A stretch of DNA of 48,649 bases from an uncultured Candidatus Peribacteria bacterium (GTDB lineage: Bacteria > Patescibacteriota > Gracilibacteria > Absconditabacterales > Absconditicoccaceae): the NCBI GenBank assembly GCA_964565575.1, contig CAZMFL010000001.1:1-48649 (forward strand), read 5' to 3'. Each line of letters opens with the position of its first letter. Position 1 is the stretch's first letter. Under the pieces are notes generated by a model. It ran no database searches, was not told where the DNA came from, and was given only the letters and a program-made list of their open reading frames with translations. Shown in pieces: positions 37,617 through 48,649 of this stretch. A program made the translations under genes and the position numbers.

Positions 37617-40600
37617 TTATTTTTGTTTGTCGTTTCTCTCCTCATTTTGTACTTCGCTTGTTTCTGTCGTCACAACTGTTCTAATTGGAATTTCTTTCTT
37701 GGGATTATAGGTAGGAGTGCCTGATGGATTGTTTGCAAGATCTTCTGTCTGTTTATTAATTGGGGGGTTAGGGATTACTGCGGCGTTATCTAAATCATCA
37801 GCAGTAGGGGTTACAATAGGGTTATCTGCATTGCCTGTCAAAGTTCAATCAGCATTATTTATGTTATCGGTATTCGTCCCACTTGAAATATTTTCTTTAG
37901 TAGTATAGCTATTTCACGCTCATCCAATTACAGCAATTTGATTTCTAGTAGCTGTTTGTGTTGTATTTGCCAAGTTCTCATATACTTTATCTTCAATTTT
38001 TACATCAGATTTTGTCTCTTTTGTTACTGTAAGATTTTTCATAACAAGAGATTCGTTGAAACACTCTGCATAAAAAGCGAATGAAAACTCTGCTCAAATT
38101 GGAATTTTTTTGTCACCTATTTCTATTATGCGACCACTGTCGTTTTCGGCCAAAAGGGCTTTTTTAATAAGTTCGGGAGTGATTAATTTAGCATCAACTT
38201 GATCTGTTGCCAATCCTGCATTGTATTGATCTGCGATACTTTTTGCTAATTGTTCAAAATAGTTGGTTTTTGCACTCATATTTTCCAAGAAATATTGCTT
38301 TAGATTATCATCAATTACTGGTGTTTCATAAAGTGCTCATCCCTCTTTTTTGGTCGCTAATTTTGGATGGCCAGTAAAATTTTCTTCTACTCAATTTGTG
38401 CCATAGCCAAATACCAATGCAATTGCATTTTTAGATTCCTGAGAGCCATACAATGCGTCTCCTCATATCATATTAACAGTAGTACCTCTTGCTGTTTCAA
38501 ATGCCGTTTTTCAACTATTAAGATATTGTTCTTTTGCTATCAATTTTTGTAGACTGTTTACGCCTAATCATTCATATGTACCTCATTCTCGCCTTGCGGT
38601 AGTAAGTTTTGTTAAAGGGACATCTCTCAATTTCTTTTGTCTTTCTCTTGATAACGTTCCTTTGTGTTTATTCTCTGCTGTGTCAATATATTTCCCAAAA
38701 TTATCAGAAGTTGCATCTTTAGACCATGTAGCTGATGTAAGGGCGAACTTTCCACTTAAGTAGTTCAAATTTGCAATAGATATACTTTGATCTTGGTTTT
38801 CTAATTCAGAAGGATTAAATCACATTATTTGTACTTGATCCTTAGCAGAATCATAATTTTTCTCCTGCATTGCTTTTTTATAATTTATGTATGCTTGTTT
38901 TTGAGCTTTGGTTCAACCATGATTTTTCAATTGTATAATTTTCGCTTCTATTGTTGGATCATCCACGTACTTCTCTCGCTCTGGAGACGGTTTTCCAAGT
39001 TCAATATTCATAACTGTTTGCGTCACATACTCTATTTTCAGTGGTTCATTTGCCAAATTGCCAGTTGTATCTAATTTTACACTAACATTACCATTTATCT
39101 GTGAGAATCTAAGAACGCCTTTAAGTCAATCAAATTTAACCGGTTCGCCTGTTTCAGTAATTTTGACAGTGCCATTTCTTTCATCTATTATTATATTTTT
39201 ATCTTTCAATGGAGCGAGTAGCTGGCCTTCAGTTTGGAGGTATTTTATTGTCTCTGCTACCGCATGTGGTGTAACCAAAATAGATTTATCAAATTTCTCT
39301 GGAAGGCTGTCGGGTATATGACTCAAAATAAGTTGTTCTGTATTTCCAGTCCCAACTGAGCCAAATACTAATGTGCGGATCATAGCGTCACTCTTTACTA
39401 ATTCAGTATATACTCAAGGAACTGCTGGTATTGCTACTTTTCCTTGATAGGTACCAACATATTGTTTCAACACCGGCAAAATAGCAAAATTCATTTTTTC
39501 AAATGCTACTTTATCTATAAGTATATATGGTGTACCATTTATATCTTCTTTTGAAAACCGATCGATTTTGTTTGTCTCTTTGCGTTGTACAGATTTTGCA
39601 ATACTATTTAAATATGTAATAGCTGTTTGTTCAGATCGAGAGCCAATTTCACTATTTTCATCTAATCACGCACCACTTGCAAGTATGTCGCTTGCTTGTT
39701 GTACACTTTCTAAGTCTTCAAGCCATTTAGTATTTGAATAAAATGTGATACCTACGCTTGAGAATACAGAGAGCAATACTGTTTCTATTGCCAAATCCAC
39801 AGGTGCGCCTGGTCTAACTGGGAAGTCTACAATCATACGCACTCCAGAAAATTGAACTTTTGCCATACCTTGCACTTGCTCATTTTTATATGATTTTGCT
39901 AGATTTTCTGCAATAGATTTTGCAACATTTGAAGAAACATCTTTTTCATTGATTCTGGTTACTCATCCGAACACAGCAATAGCATTCATGATTTTTTGTG
40001 CAAATGCTTCCATTCATGCAGTTTGTTTAGTTTTTGGAAAGACTTTTTTCAAAGATTCCAACACCTCCTCTTTTTTTGTTGATCATTTTTTTAATATTTC
40101 TTGAATAAGTTTTTGTAAGTCAACATCGACACGAATTACCTCGCCCTTTTGTTCAATACCACGAAGTTGATCGCGACGATATCCTAGATCTCATGCAACA
40201 TGTGCGCCATCTACTGAATAGTAAGCAGATATTCATGCATTAACATATTGTGCAGTTGTCTTTTCAAAATTTTCTCTGATTTGCATTGCATTTACTTGCC
40301 ATTCTCTTCAGTATCTACCACCCACACCAAATGTAAATGTAGGACCGACATTTACCATAGTTCAGAAATTCCAACTTGCGCTACGATCTCCATGTTTCAG
40401 GATATCTCACCATTGTTTACCTCATCATAAGTTTAACCCAAGCGCACCTCAAAATTTCTTATCCCCTAAATGAACCACTCCTGGCACAAAAGATAAATTC
40501 TCAAGAAGACCTTTGGTGTTTTTTGACAACCATTCATTAAGTGGCTCGTTGGTAACTTGTGCTCCTCCGCCAGCTCACAAATACTGGTTCTTTAAAAACA

Positions 40601-42638
40601 TAGCACCAATTCAGATCGCTTCAAGTTTAATATTTTTAAGATTTTCTTCTTTATTTTTTATCAAATCATTTATTAGATCTTGATATTTTTTTGCTTCTAC
40701 TGGTTTGGTAGCAGGATCTTTCGCTAATTCTTGTAACTTTGCCATAAGTTCAGAATATCATTTTCCCATCTTATCATTTATAAGGTCACTTATTTCTTTA
40801 TTGTTTGCAATAGCATCGGAAAACGCTTCTTTATCAATATATCTGGAAGTGGCTATTTCGCCTGTCTTTTGGCCTTTTTTGAATATAAGTATCGCTTCTT
40901 TTCCCATCAAAAAAAGTTTGTTCCTCAATGATTGAAGTTCAGCAGGATTTGAAATCAAATAGTCCGTAAGAGCAACTTCTGTATTTGAAGCAAGAGTTAT
41001 TGTTTTATCTTTTCCTTTTCCCATATTCATGAATGCAACAATATTTTCTATTAGTTTCCCCTCACCTAATTGTGCCTTTGCACTTTCGTACATATTAGAC
41101 AAAGCTAGTCAGGCAATAGTTGCTCCATCTTCTTTGTCTACCTTACCGTTTGCGTCTATATCTCATAACAAATAAGCTAATTTTTTATCTGTTTTAACTT
41201 TCTCTGCAGAATTGGTTACTGTTGTTAATCTAGCAATTTGTTCCCAAAGAACTTTTCCATTAGTCACATCATTATTTTCAAGAATTGGCCTTACCTGGTC
41301 AAGGAATTTTTTTACATTTTTGTCAACAATAGTGCCTGTAGTTTTAGTGTCCTTTTTGTTTACTTTTGATTTGGATTTTGGATCACTCAATTCTTCTAGA
41401 ACGGCTTCTTTTATATATTTATCAATATCGGCATCTGTAGTTTTAGAGTACTTTTCATATACTTTTGCCGCAGCTCTTGCAACACTCAACTCCGTCCTGA
41501 ATATGTTTCAGGATTTTCAAGTTCTATTATATCAATCTGGATATTTTTTATCAAACGCGATAGCGCCTGATTTTTCAACTATTGAGAATATGTCTCCAAG
41601 ATTCGTATTTTTCCCAGCTCTGACCAATATTGAAAAATCTTTTGCATCAATATTATATGTCTTTTTAATTGCTTTAAATATTTTGTTCCAAGATGGATCT
41701 TTTTTTAAGACATTCATCTCTTCTACCGTTGGCTCAATGTTATCAAATTTTTCTACATTTAATTGTGCTGTCTTAAGAAAATCTGAATTTTGTCTGTAGA
41801 AATCTGACGTTGTAGAAAGACCGTCTGTGAACGTTTTTAACGCGTTTATTTTGGTTTGTCTTAAGTTATAATCTGTTTCTTCATAAATTTCTTTTTGCAA
41901 GAACTCGCTAACTATCTTTGCTGTTCAACGAGCTTCTTTTGGCGCATTAGAAGAAAATATTTGTGTTGCCTGCTCCTTTTTAGAGTCAGCGTCTTTCGCT
42001 CTTCTTAGAATATCAACATACATTTGTTTTTTCTCTCCTGTCATTGAATTTGTTAGATTTTGTAACTCATGAAAAGCAATATTTCTTTTCGGCGCATCAA
42101 TAGTATTATCATTGAGCGTCTGAGAAAGAAGAGAAAATAGATTGTTCGCAAGCGTTTCATCGTTCAACTTAATACTATCTGCCTTCACCTCTTTAAACGC
42201 TGAAGAAATTTTCTTTGTATTTTTATTTACATTGAACTTAATCAATAAAGACGATATTTCATTAGAAATTCATTCTACCAAAGATCATAACTCTGTTTTA
42301 TATGAGCTTTCTAAATGATCAATCTCAGTAGCATATCCATACAACCAAGCGATCTGTTCTTTAACATTATCTGAAATATCATTGCCTTTTAGCAACTCCT
42401 TAATTTTTTCAATCTGATCTTTTTGTAATTCAATGTTAGGATTTTGTATTGCAGTTATTAAATTCGACAATGCCTCTTTCTTGTCATCATCAAGTTTCGA
42501 TTTTTTAAGATATTTTTGTAATTTAATTTGAATATTTTCTACTGCTTTGTCAAAAGCTCACTCAATAGATTTTTTTTCGGGAGTTCCTTCTAACCTCCTT
42601 TCTGTTTCAGATAAATTTTGGTTGGTGATGTTTGTCAT
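37617..42638 (-). CDS. Giant hypothetical protein (1673 aa), no recognisable domains, signal peptide or TM segments
   Basis: Ten ORF-track pieces share one frame. I hand-translated every gap and found only TGA between them. The start is ATG 42638 and the stop is TAA 37617..37619. The protein is K/E/N-rich and appears largely helical by composition. Confidence 0.8.
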
Positions 42639-42926
42639 TTTTATAAAAGTACCATATAAAAAATAATTCTACTCTATTATACTGTGATTTTGTTATTTAG
42701 TATTATTCTAGAAATCAAATAGATATTTTATGGCAAAGTAAAAGAGTCAAAATGCATTTTTAGTAATATATACAATTGACATTCTAATTTTTTATATATT
42801 ATTATTGCTTTTGTAAAAAAATTATTTAAAAAAAATACGTAATTTATCATCGCGTATATTTCAAAAAAATATTATTTACACTTCTCATATTCCATCTCTA
42901 AATCATTATTTCGTCTGGCTACTCAA

Positions 42927-45140
42927 CTACGCCATATCGCGCTCCGGAATTAAGATCTCATCTTTAAGTTCATTGAGTTGGCCTTTTGTTGCGCCTACGA
43001 GTTCCGCTGTTTGGTTTGCTAATTCAGGATTGTTACGATAATACAAACTATTCAATGGTATTCCAAGTTTCGTTGGTTGCAACTCGCACAACATTTGTAT
43101 ATCATTTTTCCCTTTTTGCATCTGAGCAATTGTCCTTTGAAACAATGCACTATCAAATTTCATCACACTTGTTTGTCCTACACAAAAAAACGATAAAAAT
43201 GATCGTACTGTTTTTTTCCCTATAAAATTTGGCGCACGTGTAGATTCTTGTGTGGAATTAGAATTTCTATTCATATTTTCAGTAGTAGCACTACTATTTT
43301 TTGCATCGAGCATGCCATCTAGGACAAAAGGGTAGTTTTCTTTTTTAAAAGAATTATTTGCGTATATTTCACGCAATCATTCCAATCAATTTAATAGACT
43401 TTCCGCCTGTATAGCGCTCATTCACATGATTTTATCACGTAATAGAAATAGCGGTTGTAAGGCGGTGTTTTCCGAAAAAGCGAGAGACGCGATATTTGTC
43501 GTGCCAGCTTTCGTTTGTTGCAGATAGCGCAAAAAAACATCTTCCTTTGGGTCCACTCATTGTATCTTGGCGGTATATTCCAATAACGCCGCGACCCTAT
43601 CTGCACATTGCATGAGCAAGAGCTCTTTTTTCAAAGGTTCTTCGATATTTTTACGAGCAATTTCATCTTCTGGTGTTATCATTTCTTGGATTATTTCTGA
43701 TGTATAGCTTCCTTCAGTATCGATATTTTTTTCATTTCCCTGACCCGTCGCAGACACATCTTGTAAATCATTTTTTCGTTGTTCAAAAAATACGTCCTTA
43801 TTTTTTGCACCGCGTTGCATCATGCTAACCATAGATATCAAACTACCATCAAGCGATTTTTGCATTGGTTGGATATTGAAATTTTTTCACTGTTGTGGAT
43901 CATAACCCATTGGCGTTTCAATACTCAACACACCGTCTGCGCCAATTTTGATGCTTCCCTGCAGACCAGTTGTTGTCTCATATTTCATAGTTATCACGCC
44001 ATCAGTTTCGTATACAATCGGTTGATTTTCGACCAAATGTAAGTGATTTCCTCACACTTTCAAAAGTCCAGCTACCTGTGAAAAATACTCTTTCAAAACA
44101 ATTTCTTGTATACGTTTTTTTGTATTTTCAACGAAATACGCCATAACAATTTTGTTGAAACACTCTTCAAACGCATCTTTAGACAAATTTTTGGGAACGC
44201 TCCCGGTGTCCACATACTCTTTCATTGCTTGTGCGTCTATTCACGCTGGTGGTGTTGTATCTGGATACTGGGCCAAAAAAAATACCCATCTATCCAATGA
44301 AATATCTTTTAGCATAGCACGAAAGGAACCCAGCTCACTCTCAGAAAGCCGTGTTTCTCCGAAAACTGATTGGTCTACTTGTTCCAGTATTTTTTTTGGC
44401 CCATCCTCGCGCGATAGATCACGAGCGAAAACAGCATCTACCTCTGAAAAACTTTTTTTTTGTGTCTGATCAGCAGAACTATTAGATGAAGTTTCTTGTG
44501 CGGTTGGCTCTCATTTTACAGAGCGTACAAATTCCGGTGGTAACTGCACAATCGTCGCCAAGCGACTATTTGATTCGGTATATTCTACAAACGCGACTTT
44601 TGATTCTTGCGATAGTTTTCAAAGTATAACTTCTTTGTTATCAGACTTTGCGAAGGACTTTTCCAAATATTGTGAAAAAAGAAACGCACTTTGCGAATAT
44701 CATTTCGTCAGCTTAATTTGTTCTATTGTTACAGGTTGTTTCTTGTTTGCTTTTGCAACAAAGTTTTTATAATCAGCAAACTCCTTATCGGTTTTATGTG
44801 CTTCAAATTCTTTTTGGAGTTTTTGGATCTTTATAAATTCCTCCCATTGTGATTGTAGATATGTTTGGAAGTTGGTAGGAGATAACTCTGCGCCATGTAA
44901 ATTATCTGCATAGTTGAGCAACGATACCGCAATCATTGATTGAGGAACATTTTTTTTATCGTACTTTTTAGCTACGGCAAAGAGTTCTTTTACATCAGCT
45001 TTTTTAGAGAATTTTTCATATTTTTTTGCAATCTCCTTCTGCCATCCAATTCACAACCTTGGAAAAGCCTTTGCGACTTCGCGTTGCAACGGTGTTTCTA
45101 TTTTTGATTGTTTATTTAATTCTACATTATGTTTTACCAT
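42927..45140 (-). CDS. Hypothetical protein (737 aa), no recognisable domains
   Basis: I hand-translated a continuous frame from ATG 45140 (the first ATG after the in-frame TAG at 45150..45152) to TAG 42927..42929. It incorporates ORF-track pieces 44700..44936, 43557..43865 and 42927..43376. Confidence 0.75.
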
Positions 45141-45270
45141 ACTCCTACTCTACCCCCTTTTTCGAAAAAAAGAAAAAAAAAGAGAGATTCAGCATCCCTA
45201 CATCTTTTTTAGTTGTTTTGTCAAGCTCAATAACACAAATCTACGCATATTCTTTATCTGAACGTATTCG

Positions 45271-46680
45271 CTATCTTCACGAAAAAACAACTTTTATCGT
45301 AGATAGAATCACTTGCAAATCCATAGCGAGCGACCAATTTTGGATATAGTACAGATCAAGCGATGCCTCTTCGCGAGCGCCGATTTTGTCTCTTCCGAAT
45401 ATTTGTGCATACCCAGTGATACCAGGTTTGACTGAATATAATCTATGCATTCGTGGTTCATATTTTTCTACTTCATTTGGCAAATGTGGTCTTGGACCAA
45501 CCAGAGACATTGTGCCAAAAAGCACACAAATCAAACTCGGAAGTTCATCAAGCGATGTTTTACGCAAGAAACGACCAACTCTAGTCACGCGAGGATCATT
45601 TTCAATTTTGGGTAAAATATCATCTCTTGTGTTTTTCTTTTTTATAAGTTTCCTGTACAATCTTTCTGCACTTATTCATCCATAAGCATCACCAGTAGAA
45701 AACTCAGTGTGCATGCTACGAAATTTAATAAATGAAAAAGGCTTTTCTTTTCTTCCTATTCTTTTTTGGATAAAAAATATTGGTCCTCGCGAATTTATCA
45801 ATATTGCGATTCATATAATCACAAACAATGGAGAAAGGATGATTAACCCAATTGCTGAAACCACGGTATCAAACAATCTCTTCCATACGCGCGACCATCA
45901 TTCTAGCGGTCATGGTTTATATTCCATCACCATAATAGGTCACAGACGAGAACTTGTCGTCAACAAATCATCCAAAAAATAATTTTCTGAAATGTGGAAT
46001 AATTGCTTATCTTGTAAACGCGCATGATCTGCGATTTCTTGCAAAAGAATTTTTTCTGGGGTTCCCAAGACAGCGACAATATCTACCTTTTCTCGATTTT
46101 TATCACGGTCATACTCTTCTAGTGGTACTCATCTAATATCATAAATAGGATAGTCTTCAAATTCATCTACAAACTGGTCTAAAAGTTCAGGATTATCGTA
46201 CAGTGCAAGTATTCTATATGGATCAAGCATTTCTAATCTTGAATTCCACGAGTTCCAAAACACATCAAAAATTGTTATGATAAGTCATGTTCCGAATCCC
46301 ACAAAAAGAATAATAAATCTTGAAATACCATGGAGAAACAAAAATCACTCTCCAAATAGCGCTAAAAATGTCATACTAACAAATCGCATAACCCATCCAG
46401 TGAAAAAGCGTTGGTAATATCCGTGTAATGGTTTATCCAAAACATATGCTTTAGTGGAGAACTGAAAAATCGCGAAAAGTAATACACTTATTCACGCGAA
46501 AATTATCAAGTCTCTAATATAAATATATGGTATGGCTAGTTGAATTCCTGGTATCAAATCTGTTTTCTGACGTAGATAGTACGCAACAAAGAAAATTCCA
46601 ATCAGCAATAATGCGTGTAATGAAGGTCTTAATAAACGCAATAACAACTTTATTCGTCTTCTATTTTTGCTTTGTAGCAT
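45271..46680 (-). CDS. Polyprenyl-phosphate sugar phosphotransferase (bacterial sugar transferase family, WbaP/EpsL-like; 469 aa)
   Basis: I hand-translated a continuous frame. It has N-terminal TM helices. The C-terminal catalytic domain contains [53 protein letters not shown] and [10 protein letters not shown]. The stop is TAG 45271..45273. Confidence 0.88.
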
Positions 46681-46952
46681 TAGATTTTAGATGAAATAAG
46701 GTTGAACTAGTATATTTTTTAGATAAGTATAGTCAAGAGAGCAAAAAAAGTATCTATTCTGACTCCTTCCTATTGTTTTATCTGTGTGAATCCGTTTCTT
46801 TGTGTGTGCACCATTATAGAATTGTTAAGAATTAAGCAATCCTATACTTTTCTTTCGGTGGTGCATTTTGAATTATAATTAACAATGTACAATCTGTGTG
46901 GTATTGCTCAAAAAAATCCATAAAATTGACGCACCATTGTTGCAAGAAAGCA

Positions 46953-47016
46953 TTGCCCGTCCTATCGACGCAAACAAATCAATCCCACGACGGTGCGGGC
47001 ATCCCGACTTCGTCGG
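46953..47016 (-). ncRNA. GC-rich hairpin element (copy 3) in a 437-nt intergenic region upstream of the sugar transferase gene
   Basis: 46953..46967 (ttgcccgtcctatcg) is the exact reverse complement of 26060..26074. It pairs with cgacggtgcgggc (46988..47000). CCGAC-ttc-GTCGG follows at 47004..47016. On the minus strand the order of hairpins mirrors copy 1. Confidence 0.4.
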
Positions 47017-47117
47017 AAAAAACATTAATTTTTCTCTTTCGAAAGTACTATCCAATAAGTGAAAAACTATATAAACCTCATATCTTCAATAAAAATTTTT
47101 TATAAAAAATAATACAG

Positions 47118-47885
47118 ATGGCGCAATCAGCTACTGATCTCCTTTTATATAGAACAAATGAAGAACGATGGAAAAGAGGAGAAGTTTACGCAGACCAAGA
47201 CAAAGTAAATATTTTGGAATATAATGATAAGCAGGTCAAAGCTATAGTAGCTTGAAGTACATTATACAATGTTGAACTAGCATTTATTGGTTGATGACTG
47301 AGTAAAATATGTACTTGCCCAATTAAAGGAATATGCAAACATATCGTAGCTACTGCTATCCTTTGGGATGAGTCAAGATGAATACCTAGACCAACTAAAA
47401 AGGAAGTGTCACAATTAAGCTTGCCTTCAAAAACTATTTCAAGAAATGATGTAAAAAATGCTTACACAAACCCGCTATCATGCAATTTGGATATTATCAG
47501 AATAATGGCCGAGGAGTATTGTCTTGGTACTCCAAGACCTCATGCAGTATTGCCTAAACAGCCAAAATTATCAAAAAGTAATTTAAAGATTGAACTGGAA
47601 GAGATAAAATTTTATATTCAAGAAATGAGATCGCGAAGCAGAAAATATAATTATGACATGTATTTTTGTAGTGGAGAAATGGTAGCAGCATTTTGCGAAA
47701 TGATAAGAAAAATAAATATGAGGATTAAAAAAAACACAAAAGAAGAAGCAAAAATAATATATCAATATTTGAAAAAACTTGAATCAGAAATAATCTATAC
47801 GCTGATAGATGATAGTCAGTGATTGCATAAGTTTACAGAAACACATTTAACACAATTAGAAAACACAATAAAAACAATAAAATAG
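47118..47885 (+). CDS. SWIM zinc-finger domain protein (255 aa)
   Basis: The ORF starts at ATG 47118 and has 5 in-frame TGA. The CxCx(5)CxH motif is CTCPIKGICKH, followed by IVATAILW. The stop is TAG 47883..47885. Confidence 0.7.
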
Positions 47886-47998
47886 ATGGCTTTGTGTTCT
47901 CCATGAAAAAAAATTATGCACTATTTGATTGTTGATTACAGATGAAAAATGCATATAAACAGATATATAAAAAACCACAAAAAAATCTTTATCTATTT

Positions 47999-48328
47999 AT
48001 GCTATCAATGTTCCTTATACTAACCACCTATCCAAACAAACCTAGAGATTGCAAGAAGTTTATCATCGGTATGATTAAGTGATGATTCGCAACTTGTGTA
48101 CAAAAGATAAATTATGCTAAATCGTACTATATGCGAAAGGACAAACTCACGCAAGCAGAAGAAAAAATACTTCTCATCAAGTGTTCTTCTACACAAAAAG
48201 AAAAACTCCTCGCGCATATCAAAAAACAACATCCGTATGAAATACCTGAGATTTTAGTCCTGAAACCTGAACAAGTTGATGAAGCATATGAAAAATGGAT
48301 TGAGAACGGTCAAAATAAACCACAGTAA
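47999..48328 (+). CDS. cutA: Divalent-cation tolerance protein CutA
   Basis: 109 aa. MFLILTTYPNKP...FATCVQKI...LLIKCSS...HPYEIPEILVLKPEQVDEAYEKWI matches the CutA1 pattern (HPYe.PEi..lp......Y..Wi). Confidence 0.8.
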
Positions 48329-48351
48329 TTTTATATAATGCACTTCTTCAT

Positions 48352-48649
48352 ATGTCTGTCTATCAAAAAAGAGTCCTTTATCGATCACTAATCATTGGCG
48401 CAGTATGGATTTTTTTTGCACAAAAATTTCTTTTTGTTTGATGGCGAGTTAGCATCTCTGGCTTTTTAAGTATCGTTTCATTGGGATTGCGAGCGTGATG
48501 GAAACAAGCTGGCATGTGAGCCGTTGCATTTATATTAAGCATAATTACTTTTATCGGATTTGTTTTTGGGGTAATTCCAGTCTACACTGCTCGTCCAACA
48601 CTGGATGCTTTTTATGCAACAAAATTTCCGACTATTCAATGTATACAAG
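48352..48649 (+). CDS. Hypothetical membrane protein, N-terminal fragment (runs off the window)
   Basis: The ORF starts at ATG 48352 and has hydrophobic helices (SLIIGAVWIFFAQKFLFV, AVAFILSIITFIGFVFGVIPV). The frame is open to the window end with TGA as sense. Confidence 0.5.

Noticed and set aside
38958-38969. A YVDD tetrapeptide in the 1673-aa protein, considered as a possible reverse-transcriptase catalytic motif for the RT-less DGR.
   Set aside because: The context (EREKYVDDPTIEAK) lacks the flanking hydrophobic beta-strands. None of the other RT motifs (1-4, 6, 7) is present. This is a chance occurrence in a 1673-aa K/E/D-rich protein.
42676-42681. A TATAAT hexamer (minus sense) 38 nt upstream of the 1673-aa gene start, considered as a -10 promoter box.
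   Set aside because: No convincing -35 partner is present. In DNA this AT-rich, TATAAT-like hexamers occur by chance, so it is not reported as a feature.
47886-47970. A small ORF (MALCSPGKKIMHYLIVDYRGKMHINRYI) between the SWIM gene and cutA.
   Set aside because: It is only ~27 codons long. It has no features and no independent support. It is most likely non-coding spacer.

Overview
This is an AT-rich bacterial chromosome fragment that is only readable under genetic code 25 (UGA = Gly), the code of the Candidatus Gracilibacteria/Absconditabacteria CPR lineages. Under the standard code nearly every gene is cut into same-frame pieces separated only by TGA. Read with TGA = Gly, the window is densely coded.

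Gene content, in order:
- leuS (partial), a basic hypothetical protein, and two tandem paralogues that carry a UVR motif.
- A HAD nucleotidase and mutS. This MutS carries an in-frame Q/S/T-rich repeat insertion of about 175 aa.
- A diversity-generating retroelement (DGR) cassette.
- A divergent pair: an AAA ATPase and a metallophosphoesterase.
- Two tandem paralogous giant polytopic membrane proteins.
- A 13.5-kb plus-strand translation/transcription supercluster: rplJ, rplL, rpsB, a membrane protein, tsf, a fused rpsF::rpsR, rpmH, rpoB, rpoC, rpmA (with a long AKP-rich tail), rpmF and nusB.
- A 13-kb minus-strand cluster encoding proteins of 737, 1673, 77 (TM) and 1795 aa. The 1795-aa product is a secreted DUF11-type repeat protein containing a perfect 447-bp tandem duplication.
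- A polyprenyl-phosphate sugar transferase, a SWIM zinc-finger protein, cutA and a truncated membrane protein.

The standout is the DGR cassette at 7469..10162:
- It has a 178-nt template repeat and a matching variable repeat about 1 kb away. By hand alignment they differ at about 27 positions, all at template adenines.
- The variable repeat forms the C-terminal lectin-like end of a protein with a type IV pilin-like N-terminus.
- An Avd-like four-helix-bundle gene and a small MutS-domain-I-like gene flank the template repeat.
- No reverse transcriptase is present anywhere in the window.

No rRNA, tRNA, CRISPR array, transposase or integrase was recognised.
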